Assembly (NCBI GenBank): GCA_030704615.1
Contig: CM060731.1
Coordinates: 46,500,001 to 46,564,000, forward strand
Reading direction: 5' to 3'
DNA: 64,000 nt
Origin: Takakia lepidozioides
Lineage: Eukaryota; Plantae; Bryophyta
Shown here: positions 13,345-27,169 of the stretch, one piece after another
Layout: the number at the start of each line of letters is the position of its first letter
Numbering within the stretch: position 1 is the first letter of the stretch
The notes under the pieces: model-generated
What the model saw: the letters and a program-made list of their open reading frames with translations, nothing else
The model's database searches: none
Told to the model about the DNA's origin: nothing
Program-made: the position numbers and the translations under genes

Positions 13345-14692
13345 ACACATAAATCTTGGAGTGTAGCACCTACACACATGACGGGATGTTAGCACTGAAT
13401 GTGTTCGGAGGTGTGATGATGACACATCAAAGTCCATGTAAGTTACATCCTCTCAACCATCTTTGTTATTTTGAACCTCGAACGTAAGTATAATAAGTAC
13501 TAGCTAAAATCTCTACAACAAAATTATATGCAAAAAGTTTGGTTTACTGCAATCATTGGGAACAGGCTCACTATTTCCTGTCGCTTATGCCCCTTGCTCC
13601 CTCAATCTGGAGACTCGATGTATGACTAGCCACTCTCAACAGTCCTTATCTCCCCTGATCTTTTGCGATAGCAAGCAGATGATGGCAAATTATTTTAATA
13701 AAATGAAAAAAGGGAAAACTCTGACATGCCTAATGTGAATCATCATTTAATTCAAAAAATCAAATTTGTTATTTTATCGAATTGTTTTAGTTAGTTGCAT
13801 ATGTATATAAGTCATTGTAACTTAATCCAAGATAATCGATATAAAATTATCTAGTATTACTAATCTATTCAAGTATTTATTTTCATGTTCTGCAAAGAAT
13901 AGAACTTAGTTGGTTTCAACTAAGAAACAACAGTTTCACATCCTGTTGGTCTTGTAGGTTGTTGGACAAGTATTCCATACTCGATAATTATATTCCCAAC
14001 TTGCTTTGAATTGTAGTATACCCCAAGCACAAATCAGGCTTAGCTTTTGGACCATGAATCCAACTCATAGGTCTTTCAAACATCATGCTCAAAGTTCATT
14101 CTAGAAAGAAAACCATCGTTCTATTGGCAAGGAAGTGAAGTTATGTTTGGAGACCTTCAATGTATGTTAAATTTCGATTTGTTGTGGTGTCACATTTTTC
14201 TTCAGACATGGGATTTACATTGCAGCTCATTCTAAATATATGTAGGATGGTAGACAGACTTTGATCCAACAACTGTGGTGACGATTGTCTTCTACGTCAT
14301 GCTTATTTACAACTCAAGGCAGATTTTGTAGTGTGAAAAAAGCTGTAGGCGTAGGGGTCAAACATAATAAATAAAGAAGTGCCCACAATAATTAATTAGT
14401 GAACAGTCCAAGAGAAGAAATAAAAATGACAGCCAATGGGCTGGGGTATTAGGGTGGCATAAGGCACAGCATCATGGAAAGTGAAAAAAGGCACCCATCT
14501 CAGTTATACAAGTGATTCTAAGCACAGTATTGGGCAGCGAAGTCCAAGGCACCATCAGCAGTTTACTCTCCAAGCTCTTGCCAGTGTTCCACGCTTGGAC
14601 TGTGAAAGCTTGGCTTCTCCAAGAATGGGATCTACCTGCATGGAGCACAGTTGAACTCTAATGAATGCTGACCGTCTGCCTGTTAGGAAATG

Positions 14693-17600
14693 TCACCTAC
14701 AGTGTGCTTGCTCCCAATCTGCTGGGTTGTAATTCTGCCACCTCACTGTGCCTGCAGCAATCGGCCTGGCTTGCGACTGGGCTGTTATCGGAGTCTTCGA
14801 AACGGGGTTGTAAACAAACTCGCCAAATGCCTGTTTGGGCATGCCAGTCTTGCTAGGAGCCCTGCATAAGTTGGCAGTCAGGAGGAAGCATGGAGAGGTC
14901 GCACTGTCGAAGTCACGCACAGCTGAAGAGTAGGGAGAGAGAACTATACGTCCCTAGAAATCTCCAAGATCTTACCGAAGAAGAGCCAGGCAATTTATGA
15001 CAGGTGAAAGTAGACTTAACGCACCTAACAGCTGCGCCACGGCCATACTTTTGGGGAGGACGAAGTCCGCTGACCCGCGTACCCGAGGGAGAGCAGTGGA
15101 AGGGACTAATGGCAGACACAAACTGGTCCATTGATCTTTGGGCCAGGCTTGCGTAGAGTCCCACATGGGAGAGAGAAGAAAAGCTGCCTCCTTTAATAGC
15201 TGCATCTCCGACGAGATTGCTTCTGAAAGGCGGGATGTGCTTTCCTGCCCAGATTTCAACAGCAAAACTTCAAGTTCATGCAAAAATGCCATCAATGCAG
15301 TGGCGGTTTTCTCTTCAGACCCTCTATTGATGAAAACCTGTACAGCTTTATTTACAGGAAACATGAGGTATTTGAACATAAGATAGAAAAACCAAAACCT
15401 GGGAAAGAAAAGGGAGGAAAGGGAAGCAAGCTAATGGCCAACTTGTTATTTCATAGAGCTCCACGATTACCATCCATGCCAACCAGTGCAGCACAATGAA
15501 GTGACATCACTACAGATAGATACTTGAGGCACAAGTGTAGTTGCATTACTTTTTCCAGCAGCTATTGGAGCGCTTGATTGGCCAGATGAGGGAATGGAAT
15601 GGAGTCTGACATCTTTCACTCCCAGAGGGATTGGGCTCTGCAAATTGTGATCTGCCATGCTATCGCTGCAACTGTCATCGTTGTCTGCATCATGTCTGGC
15701 TGGTGAATCCTCAAAACTAGCCAAACGATTTAGATCTCTCTCTGGATGCATATCCATTGCCACTTCAGGACTAGCTGCGTCCACCTGCCATGATGCATGG
15801 CTCGAGAAATAGCCACTCGTTTTCACAGGGCAAGTGCTTGAAGTAACTGGCTTCCGTACTTTGACCCCTGTGATTTCTGAAAGGATAGCACTGGCAGAGC
15901 AAGAGGCCGTTCCTTGCCGAACAGGAGAGACAAAGGAGCTCATAGTTCTGAGGCAAAAATCCTTCCCAGTCTTCATGGGCTTATGCAGAACAGAGACCTT
16001 CAAGTTGTTGAGCCTCTCCTCTGGACACCCATAATAAATTCAAAGCATAACTTGTGAGTAAAGAAGTAAAGAAGCCCACCTCAGTGCTTCGACAGGACTG
16101 ATGGGATGATAAGGAGGGCATAGTTGGCTAGTCCCTACTGCTTCAAAATTGATATGAGGAGAGTAGTCGTGTACCTGCTGTCCTGTAGACCCTTCTTTTC
16201 AAGGGTTGAAGGTCAGGCGTATCTTCCTGCAGATCAGAGAAGTTCAGGTAAGCAGCACTGGTTTCCCACATGTCAGATCAAGCTATTTAGAACAATATTT
16301 TTTCAAATAAGGCCAACACCTAGACAAACCCAGACCACACGAACAAAACTACAGGAGTTGACCACATGAGATGCCTGGGGTTCCATTCATGAAAATCTTA
16401 GTCTGCTAACTAAACCAACCTGATGGCAGACATCATGCACTAACTCAGGTCTGCTTTCCCTTTGTAAAACTTTGAAGAACCAACCTAAACACCACACAAT
16501 CAAAAGAGAAGGGGATGATAAAAGGTGCTAATGTGAAGCAACTTTGGACAACCTGATTGTCAATGTCTTTGTCAAGGGTAAGATCCGGATTTGCAAACTG
16601 TGGTGAACCTGGGGTGAAGGAAAATGTCTCGAATGGGCTAAGAGATTTTGGCGATGCAAAGGACTCTTCATCTTCACCAGTAGATGGGGAGCTTGAGTTA
16701 CCAGGGGTACTTCTTGGAGGTCTAAAATGCCTTGTTGCAGCATCTGACGGTGCCACTTTTGCAAGGTCAAGGATAGATTGTTGTTTCTCCATGCAGCCCA
16801 AAAAACTTAGTGGCAAGTTACACTGATAGAAACAAGTTAGACATGGAGTGATGCTATGAAAGTGGAACTAACAATGACCTCTGAGCTCCAATTTTATGAA
16901 AACACCTTCATAAGAATGACAAACCTTTAGCAGTGGTATGTGGACAATTTCAACATTAGGAAAGGAGATAATTCCAAAAAGTGTTGATAAAACTTCGGTA
17001 CCCTTGTGCATGGATACGGAAGTAATTGGTGAGAACATTCTTCTGTACAAGAAGCTCCAAAACTTTTTTGGTGGGAGCTCCATTCAGCTTTGCAGCATTC
17101 TCAATTGCAGGCCTGTCTGGAAGATCCTCCTCCTATAAACCATTGGTAATCCAAGTCAAAACCAGATTGATAACCAACACATATAGCGCGAGGCAAATTA
17201 AAACCATGCATGATGTGAATTCTCCGAAATTAGGAGTCAAGTCCAGTGTACTTCAACTGATGAAGCACGGATGAAAGACGTACCTGAAAGGGCTTGTTGG
17301 TGGTTGGATCCACCTGACCTTTGGCAATGGCTATGGCAAGTGTCTGAGAAAGGTAGGTTTTGAGAGTCAAGACACAACTGGAGTGGAATTTTATCATCCA
17401 TAAGCCATAGCAATCAGTAAATGGATGGACGTATGCGACCTACGACCATGTCCAACATCATAGGATGCTGCCAGCCACCCTTTCTTATCAAGTGAACAAA
17501 AACTCTCAACAGTAACCAGCAAATGATGGCCAACCAATGGATGCCCAAAGACTGAGTTGAATAGAGTGAACCTATTCGTCTCGGAAGCACAAATAGTAAC

Positions 17601-20200
17601 CACACTACACAAGGGAATTATGGCAATCAGACATCCATAAAGGCACACTCATGGACATTGAAAGGAGCACATCAAGTTTCATTGTAGAAAAATTTGGAGG
17701 ATATGGGCCAAGAAACTCCAGGTCAATACCAAGTCCACTTGGGACCTCAGTAAGATGGACCAGCTCCTGCTGGACTATGTCGTACACTCGCTGGTGATGA
17801 AACGTCAGAATTGCTCTCTCAAAGCCATCCTCATACTGGTGGTCAATCATAACCCCACTGAACTTCAAGTGTTTAATCACCTGCATCATTGTACGCATCA
17901 CAGCTATGAGGCAGGTTCTATATCAAGCACACATCAATGAGATGAGGACTGGAAGAGCTTTAATGAGCGAAAACTTTCGTCAACATCTCAATGCCCTCAA
18001 TTGTCCAGACATCTCATACAACTTGCAATTGCTGGATTCATGGACTTCTGCACAGTTGAGTATATTGCAACTCTAATATGATTGGTGATGCCACTGACTG
18101 ATTTTGTTTGAATGATGGAAGTTACTATGGATACTAACCCAGAGAGATGTATAACTGGTTAGAGAGGATGAATCAACGAGCTGTCATTCTGAAATGCTAT
18201 TGACAACTGAGGATGATGAGAAGCAAAGACAAAGCAAAGGACCAGAACTCATTAGCAGCACCTTTCGGTAACTCTTGAATCGCCGGACCAAGCCATGAGC
18301 CCGTTTCACACCCATGCCTGGCAAAGAGGGTAGGTAGTCACAGCCACTCATGATGCACATCTCAAGAACCATATGCTTGGTGAAATTGTTGAAGTCAAGG
18401 TCCTTAGTGTGCACGATGTCACCGTACTGAAACTCTACACCTTGTCCAAATTTGTCCATCTTGAACAAGATCTGCTTTGCTCACACCCCTCCGTCATCAA
18501 ACAAGGAAAATGTACAACACACGTAACTGCATTGTCTTCAAGTTTTCGTCTTATCAGATATACAGATAGCTCATAGAGCAGATAATATGTTCAATCACTA
18601 GACTGTAAGTTGAGAAACTCTTCTCTTGATCTCCACAAGTGCAATCGTACCCGGGGACAGCCATATGGAATAAGGTCTGAGTCTTCTGTGATGACTACGT
18701 CAACATGCCCATGGAGAGCTAGGAAAGCCATCTGAGCATCTGCTTCATATGGGGCAACTACATACTCCACTTTCTCCTGCTGCAGAACCTGTAATGAAGA
18801 CAGCAAAACAACAGGATAATGAGTTCATAGGAAATCTCCAGAAGAATATAAAGTCCATTGGCCACTCCACCACACCAATCGTACCTGGCAGCACCACCCA
18901 AAATCATTGTGAATTAAAAAGCACCTGCTAACTTATTGAGGTCCCTGCTGAACCTGAACCCAATTTTAGGGGTGATCTCCGCAGATGAACGGTAGGATCC
19001 AACGCCATTCTTAGAAACAGTTACTTTAACTTGTATGTTGCTAAGAGATCGTTTGAGGCCCTGACAATTATTTTCTAGTCGTCCAAGGATCTGATCAATC
19101 CTGACAGCAAGGCCTAAAGACAAAGAAATCAACACCTAAGCAGCACTTATATACAAAAAACTATCACCTTAATAAGCATGTAGGCCATGGCAGGGGTGAT
19201 GTCCACAGCTCTCCGGTAGCAGTCATAGGCAGCTGAATGATTGCCCAATCGCTCATGTTCCAGGGCACGCTCCAGGTTCTCCTTCCTCCCTCTGCATTGA
19301 AACAATGGTTCCACCCAATAATTAACTCGCAGGCAAAGTTTCATTTGAGCCCTACTATTTCAAGAGGATTATGCACCATTTGACACAGCAATGAAGGATT
19401 CTGGAAAGGAGAATGCTCATGCGTCAATTCAAAAAAGAAAGGAGGTGAGTGACAGACCTGGCACGCTTGGTTTCTTGCTCAGCCTTGATGGGTAACACAC
19501 CTCCATCAAACACAAGCACAGGTTGCACACCATGGTGGCGCAATAAGTTGATTCGATGCAAGCAGTAGTCCAAAAACCTGAATATTGATAAAATAATAAC
19601 AAAAGATTGCACCCAAAACCATCAGGGGGTATTCTAGGGGTTTATGACTCCATGAACATAACCCCTTCTAGGTCATTAAAAAAAACTCACTGGAATCAAC
19701 TCTGACAGTTCAGGATGTGAGGTAATGCTCAGACATGTCCAGGTCACTTTTGAATCAAATATAAAAAGGTCCAATTGGACCTGACAGACTCAGAGCAGTC
19801 AGCAGAGGTGCGTCCATAGAATTGTTTGCTACCCAAGCATAAATCACTTAAATTCCCCGAGTCTTGTAGGCATCAAACATTTTACAAAAACCTGGCAAAC
19901 GCATGAACACTTCTTCGAATATGTGGGTACCTCAGCAGAGCATACCTCCCTCTGCGTCTGACACCTAGCTAAGGTCACCATTGCCTCCTCTTAAACCCCT
20001 CCATCGTTCATTTGCAATGCGAGAAGATACGAGACTTACTTGTTGGTGGCGCGCCCCTCACAGATGTCCTTGCTACATGTGAAAGCCGCCTTGTGCAGCC
20101 AAGAATAGGTATCAATGGCTGCCCGTTTGCCTGCATACTCCCGAATATGCACCGGTGTCATTATGGACTTAAAAACTGGGAGAAGTCCCTGAATCCCCAT
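14693..20200 (-). CDS. EXO1: Exonuclease 1 (XPG/Rad2 family 5'-3' exonuclease), multi-exon
   Basis: Exons 20200-20040 (MGIQGLLP...IDTYSWLHK), 19577-19458 (VLVFDGG), 19291-19168, 18788-18651 ([13 protein letters not shown]...TEDSDL), 18471-18262 ([17 protein letters not shown]), 17880-17705, 17356-17284, 17132-17018 ([10 protein letters not shown]), 16755-16553, 16226-16175 and 16020 onward splice in frame. The plant EXO1-like C-terminal motif [24 protein letters not shown]...SGLRPP lies at ~15170-15050. Boundaries of the last 2-3 exons and the stop (14693, or possibly ~14557) are uncertain. Confidence 0.95.
16756..17017 (-). other. U12-type GT-AG intron of EXO1
   Basis: 5' end GTATCCAT, branch point TCCTTGAC (16766-16773) about 10 nt before AG, no polypyrimidine tract. 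Splicing restores [18 protein letters not shown]. Confidence 0.85.
17357..17704 (-). other. U12-type AT-AC intron of EXO1
   Basis: 5' end ATATCCTCC, branch point TCTTGAC (~17366-17372), 3' end AC. Splicing restores FLGP|[17 protein letters not shown]. Confidence 0.9.
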
Positions 20201-23200
20201 GCCTCCCCGTCCCCCTCACCCAACGGTCTCCTTCCTCCACCTGCACTTCAGCTCGTGGGCGGAGGTTCAAAATAACTTACGTCCCTGTGTCGTTTCCCAC
20301 TTTTCTAGATTCATACTGTGGACATGAGGGCAGAACAATGCCGATTTTGGGTGCCAGAGCACGGAGCTAGAATCAACCTGTTGCTTTTGTACGAACACCA
20401 GGTCTTCGTGATGCGCTAATGTCCATTCTTTGAGCGCAGACAAAGGGCAACGTTATCACGGCAGAAGAGAACATGGAAATGGAGCGGTAAAACATAGAAT
20501 TCGTCAAGCTTGGAGGAGAAAGCGAAGATCAAAGATAGTTTGACCATGATACAGAAAACAAGACGACTTGTGATCTCAATGGGAGGGCTTGCATCAGTGT
20601 GGTGAATGGCAGAAGGGTTTGAGATCTCCAGCATCAGACAGGAGCCATCGCCTCCACACTCAAAGCGGCCAGACTTGCGAGCACAACCAAGGAGGGCGGG
20701 AGAATTCAAATGGATTCTCATCCAAAAACGATCTGATACTATCCATCCATCCGGGAGAGGGCTATGACATATTCAGCGTGCAGGTAAACATCATCGATGT
20801 GGGCGACATGGAAGTCCCTGGCTAGGATTGTAGCACCTGAGGATTGTAGCACCTGTATGTTAAGGAGAGTAGGCCCATGTCAGCAAAAACAAACCAACGC
20901 TACCACATGAGCGGCAGTGGGGCACATGAAGAGATTGTTGAGAAGCAAAAATGAATGAACCAGATGAGGGCCACGGCGAGAAATAGCAGATCGCGACAAA
21001 GCAGTTCCATAACTTTTCGGATTTCCAGGCAATAGTCCCTGGAAATCCTACTTTCACTGAGAGGCTCCACATAAGCACCACGTGACATGGCTTTCTCGTT
21101 GCCGTTACTCCCGTGTGGTAGTTGTGTCAGTTTACGAGCCATCAACCAACTAGCATGCCTTCAGCAGGTTGCGGGGACTTCCACTGCCGCTCGTGTGGTA
21201 AGGCCCTAAGTAGAAGGATTATGTTGTCTTTATGCTTCTGAAGAGGGTCACTCTCCGATTAGAATTATGTGGACAATTTGAGACAAGCACTTGATAGCCT
21301 GATTAGCTTACAACAACTAACTAGTATATTTGTAAAAGATAAAACCAAAACCCTAGACTTATCCTGAGAAATTAGCTCAATTTTCACTACCACATTTCTC
21401 TCAGCTACTACCTTGTTTCTTTGTTCTTTTTTCTTCATACCACTCTGGACAGAATTGAAAACCTAGATAGGTCCTTTGTTGATGATATATCTCATATTCA
21501 GTATCTCATATTCTGTGGTATCAATCTCTCATCTCTAAACCTAACAACAAGAGTAGGTCGTCTAACTCTCTGATGACAAGTCCACCTTAAAAAGTTCTTG
21601 TGATTCAGTCACACCCATTCAGGCATCTGCCACTCAAAGGAATCAACCACGAATGCTTGCCAAAACTCGGTTTATCCGCCTTAGTCTCCAAAGCAGCGAA
21701 GGAGACTATGGAGATTGGAGGATCGGGATCGGATTCTTCGAGGAGCTGCACGAACTCTGTGTCTGATGCGAGACATGATTGTATCTAAGATAACAAAGTA
21801 GCTCTTGAGAGAGGGTGTCATCTGTTTGAGAGTGAGAAGGGATGTAGAAACAAACCACTCTCACGATATACATCACTCACATGATATCCCTATCATCTAT
21901 CCGAGGATTGAATCAACGGCACCGCCACTGCTAGAATGATAATTAATGACATCCAAAATATCTTCTTGTTACATACCTTATATAGTCTTAGCAGGCTCTC
22001 TCTTGCTCTGTGAATCTTATCCACATTTACTAGGACAATTACTTTAGATGGCACCGTCACCGTCACCCCTACACTAATTAGTGTTTCTTCTATATCCTTC
22101 CCCTCTAGTATATTATCATCTTTCCTCAACTCATTTGTAATACAGTTAAGCACATTGAAGTGCCCCCCCCCCCCAATATATGCCCGTCTCTCTTGGGGGG
22201 GGGGGGGGGGGGGGCTGGGACAACACCAAATTATCTGCTGAAATGCCTTCTTGGTTTAAAGTCTGTAGAGCCTCTTCAGTTAACATCATCACATGTCCAA
22301 AGAGGCTAGAATTAGCTCCTTCCTATCCTACATGAGAAAATTAAGTTCAGCTTGTCAATGCTACAGTCGCACCATTGTGAAGGATCTACTCTTGCCAGCG
22401 TTGGCCTACGCATCAAATATACATATTACTGGCCTTGCCTAAGATGTGAGAAGAGTCACTCCAAACTCGCCCCAAGACAACATCTATTTTCTGGTATGCT
22501 GCCCGGCTTGCTTCGGTGTCCATTAGGAGGTGTTCCGAACCTAGTCGTGTACAACAGATTTTAGATGAGCCAAGCCTCAAGAAAATGAAGATGAGGGAGG
22601 AGACAACAACTATTAGAGCTCATCAGGTCGTAGATTTGTCTTGGATTCTGCTGAGGAAAGTGGGGGAGAAGAGGCAGAAAATTCCCAGGAGGTGAGGTGG
22701 ACAGTCCCCCAAGGAGAGGACGGTATTTTTGAGAGGCATAGTGGAACTGATGCATCTCAGAGCTCGGAGGATGGGGGGGATGAGGGGGATGAGGAGGAAT
22801 GTGGGGCAAGTTCCTCGGAGGGTGTAGGAGAGTAGTGCCCATACCGACTATGACAGTTAGGACACACTTGTATAGATGTGGCTTGCCACAAAATTTGCAA
22901 TAGAATATTGCATTTCATTGCTATGACGAGTCCAATGGTGCCACATTCCAGGCAGGTTATGAGAGAGCAAAGGCTGCGTGCTAGAAAAATGGGCTCTGGG
23001 GACATCCCTTGCGCGGGCCCAACTCATGACATCAACCACCCAGCCACCCGTCTCTTTCCCCTGCGGCGTGGCGCCACCCACCCGTCCCAAAAATAAGGGC
23101 CATTGGGTGGGCTGCCGGCGCGCCCTAAACATGGTTTGGGCTTGTTTACCTGCCATGTTAGCGGTCAACAAGCCCTTTTCTGGCCCAAAACGTGAAAAAT

Positions 23201-23226
23201 TATCTAAGATATTTTTTGTAGGTCGT

Positions 23227-23261
<35 letters not shown>

Positions 23262-23462
23262 ATCATACTCAAGACAAATCCCTTGTCATTAAAGCTTCAG
23301 GAGTGGGCCCCATCAGATTAGATCTGCAAAAATTAGGTCGAACTGAAAAATCAAAGTGACCCGATTCAGGTCGCTTGGGAACTTAAGGGTTAATCTGCCA
23401 CGAGGAGAAAAAAAAACAAAAAAAGATTTATTTTTATTTTTATTTATTTATTTTTGGAAAAG

Positions 23463-23968
23463 TTGCTGGGAATTAAGATGTCGTTGACGACACCTTAATC
23501 TGCCACATTCGGGAAAAAAAAACAAAAAAAAAAAAAAAAAAAAAAAACGGTTTTGGTTTTGTTTTTTGTTTTGGAAAACTTGCTGGGGATTAAGATGTCA
23601 TTGCCTACACCTTAATCTGCCACATTCGGGGAGAGGAAAAATAAAAATAAAAATAAATAAATAAAAAATTGAAAACTTGCTGGGAATTAAGATGTCGTTC
23701 ACGACACCTTAATCCCCCCTGCACACGCACCGCCTTCAAAGTTTTTCTAGATTTATTTTTTTCTGGTTTTTTGGATTTTTCCATGAACTGTCATATCGCA
23801 ACAGGTTGTGGGAATTAAGATGTCATTGACGACACCTTGATCGCCCTGACCTGCACACGCATCGCCTTCAAAGTTTTGTTGGATTTATGTTTTTTCCATT
23901 TTTGGGCCATAATCTGAAAAGACATGTGGCAGCAGCTGGTGGGATTTAAGATGTCGTTGACGACACCT
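23463..23968. repeat. Five spaced copies of a ~40-bp palindromic repeat
   Basis: TTGCTGGGAATTAAGATGTCGTTGACGACACCTTAATC at about 23463, 23580, 23677, 23806 and 23937, separated by A/T-rich spacers. Likely a transposon subterminal array. Confidence 0.85.
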
Positions 23969-24619
23969 GGACACACACCACCTTCAAAGTTTTTTTGGAC
24001 TCAATTTTTTGGGTTCATTGTTTTTGGAGGAATTTTTCTGCGATTTTGTTTTGTCCTCCACTTCTCATGTTCTATCCTCCTCCCTCCTCTAGAGCCCCAC
24101 CCCCATCAGAAGAGTCCATAGATAACTCAAATTTACTCCTGTATGTAATTGCCTTGTAACTTCAGTAGTTTCCTTCAAGTTCCCTCAAAGTAAGTACTGC
24201 CAGGATCAGCCAACAAATCTGAAATCCAGGACACACTCGAGATGCAATTGCTCCACGTGAAACAAAAACGTAGTCATGGTTCATCCATTTCGCTCATTTC
24301 TCATCCAACAGTCATCCACCATTCATCCTTTCCACTTTTCATTCATCCTGAAACCATTCATCGTCGGTTTTTCATCGCACATTCGTACCATACGGTCGTC
24401 ATGGAGCTTGGATTGTCCCGTCGGATGGGGTGTGCATGCGTCCGTGCATTGTAGTTTTTGTCCACGGCAATAGGCCCTCTTCTTTCCTCGGTTGTAGGCT
24501 CCCATTCACTAATGTGCTCACGCTTGAAATCTACTCACGCTTTAGGGATTATGCTCACGTTTTCCACTTTAAGCGTGAGTGTGCTCACGTGAGCTGCTCA
24601 CACGGTAGCTGCCCTCGAA

Positions 24620-25130
24620 ATATGTTGAAGAAGGTACCTTCACCCCTTTCCCCATCATTTGCTTTCAGGTGTCCAAAGCCCCATCCCGCGCTCCTGCTCT
24701 GCACACCCTGCAAGCATCACATTCCACGACACACATCTGCTTCAGCCATAGTGTTGAACACTCCCTTGGCATCCTCAATGCTCCCACATTTAGCATACAT
24801 GGCCACTAGAGCAATGTTCAAGATGACATCTGGTACAATTGCAGATTTGATGATGACACCAGGGATCTCTTTGCCCTTTTCCAGGGCTGCCAGACGCACT
24901 GCAAACGCACGCAAACGTTATGTCGGCGGCCTTCACCCCTTCCCCCATCATTTGCTCAAAGGTTGGAGCCTCCATCCCACACCCCAGCTGTGCATACCCT
25001 GCAAGCATCGCACTCCACGACACCACATCTCGTTCAGCCACAGTGTTGAACACTCCCTTGGCATCCTTGATGCACCCACATTTGGCATACATCTCCACCA
25101 GGGCAAGGGCAGTGTTCAGAAGGACATGTG
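24620..25130 (-). pseudogene. PLS-class pentatricopeptide repeat (PPR) fragment
   Basis: [41 protein letters not shown] and a second MYAKCGSIEDAKGVF motif; frameshifted. Confidence 0.9.
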
Positions 25131-27169
25131 GTAATTTGACAGGCATTCACTTCCTGACTTGGCTGTTCCCAACCCATCCTGCTATTGGCAAGAGATTCCA
25201 CAGAAACTGATAGTTGTCTGTTTGACTGTATAACTATGTATCTTTTGCTTTCTTACAGCTTGCACTGTGACACGCGAATGCTCTTGCTATGTTGAATCAT
25301 TTCATGCCTTCAGGTTTCAGAACAAACATTACCGTCTTTCTTTATCAGACACGTGCACCAAGACAGAATCTCACCAAAAGATTGTTGGTGTTCAACAATA
25401 CCATACATGAAGATAACTAGCACCAAATGGGCATATGAAGCTTACACTGCTCTCCACTGGTATTAACCTGCACCAGGATTACCCCTAACCCAGTCAAGAG
25501 GAAACTCATGGCTGCAATTTAACTAAAATCACAGCTCTAACATATAATGAATAGTAGAGTTCTCTTTGGGGGCATAGCCTTCTAAGATCCAACTGAAGAA
25601 CTATGCTGATCATGGAGTCGTAGTCTTCCGCAGCAGCTAGAGCAAACATGGAAGTATGACTTAAAACCTAACTCTTCCACCCATCTTTTGTCTCTGCCTC
25701 TCTTGGTGGCAATTATAGTCTCTCTATGCTAGGCCCTTCTTTTCCTTCTGCTGCCATGTTTTGGCTTTGCATCTACTGCCATGATTGATATAGGAAAAAT
25801 TCTACTAGTATCCAAAACACGGATACAACTGCCAACGACAAAAGGAGGGAGAATGCACCAATGGCACCTGCAGTTGCCCTTGAAACACCTCGCTCACTAC
25901 TAACTGCTCCCGGAAAAATCTGAACTGAGCATCCTGCATGGGCATGTCAACAAGGTGAGATTTCTTGCCCCCATGGACCCTGCTATGACCCATGACCAAC
26001 CTATCTGTGGACTTTTGAACCACAATTGCCAATAGAAGATGAGATTTAAACATATATAAGACCACCCTGCTACTTTACCCATAATATCCCGGTATCAAGC
26101 AAAATGTGGACGTGAGAACTTTGAAATGGTATCGTCAATATGAATGTCTGGACATGCACACCTCCTGAAATCGATCAGACGTGCGAAGTGGCCTCACAAA
26201 CTCAAAGCTGTAGCTACCAGTGCTTCCCATGATGCCATAAGAGCTATATCAGATAGCACCAGCCTTGCAGAGACTCTGCTCAGTATTTCTACAACATCTG
26301 AAGTAATTTCTACTTTGCAAGCTTTCCTACCAGGGGACATATTTGACAAGGTCCTGGTGACAACATACTCACACCAGCTTGAAAACAAGTAAGAGTAAAC
26401 ACAAAGCTATCTTGTGAAGCACAAAAACAAAGAAAATAGGAATCATCAGAGAGAAAGATACCATAATCAGAATCTGTAATGCTATGAGTCCAAGATCCAC
26501 GCCAATCATTTAGTGCACCACCAACCTTTCTTGAAAACAACAGTTGAATTGTTAACAGAGCACCTCTTCGCACCTTTACTTTCTTCACACCCTGGTAAGC
26601 ATTGTAATGCAAAACCCAAAGTGGAACATAAATTAGAGACAAATAGGAAGGAGAGAAGGCAAACCTTTAGGGCCATCCCCATCAACATAGCGGCCATGTG
26701 GGTTCCAAGCTATACATCATTCAAATTGCCAAAACTGCCACATCATTTGCCATGAAAACCAAGTCAGACATTCTAGCCTTGCTCATCATGCAGGTGCCGA
26801 CTCTGTCCCACTTCAACTTTTTGATTCTAGTGAGACGATTCCTATAATTGTGGCGTACTGAAGAGAAAATACACTCTTTAGTCACTTGAAAATATGCATG
26901 CTGCCACTGACTATATTCCTTACACAACCCATGGATGTAAGAGGAAAGCAGTCAAGAGTATAGTGGTGTAGCGGCACGACATTCTTGGCACCAAAGAGCT
27001 CCACGGCCCAACAAACTCCCCCTTACTCTCGTCCAAGTCCCTACACGTCTGAAAATTTCAAAACTGGCTTTAGAAACCTAATAATTCAAGCATAATCAGC
27101 ATTCAAGATAAGGAAGCTTTACAAGCATTGTGTTGCGAGTAAAGCCTTGGCAATGTCACCAGGAAATCC

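Noticed and set aside
14972-15379. 135-aa minus-strand ORF as an EXO1 exon
   Set aside because: The conserved EXO1-like C-terminal motif is in a different frame (that of ORF 14913-15164).
20416-21145. Short ORFs upstream of EXO1
   Set aside because: No homology recognised; likely promoter or UTR sequence.
21400-22860. Possible LINE or transposase remnants, plus poly-C/poly-G tracts at 22163-22215
   Set aside because: No diagnostic motif was found; homopolymers are uninformative and error-prone.
23463-23968. CRISPR array
   Set aside because: Eukaryotic context, no cas genes, and the spacers are low-complexity, partly homologous and variable in length.
24430-25134. 234-aa plus-strand ORF
   Set aside because: Antisense shadow of the PPR fragment.
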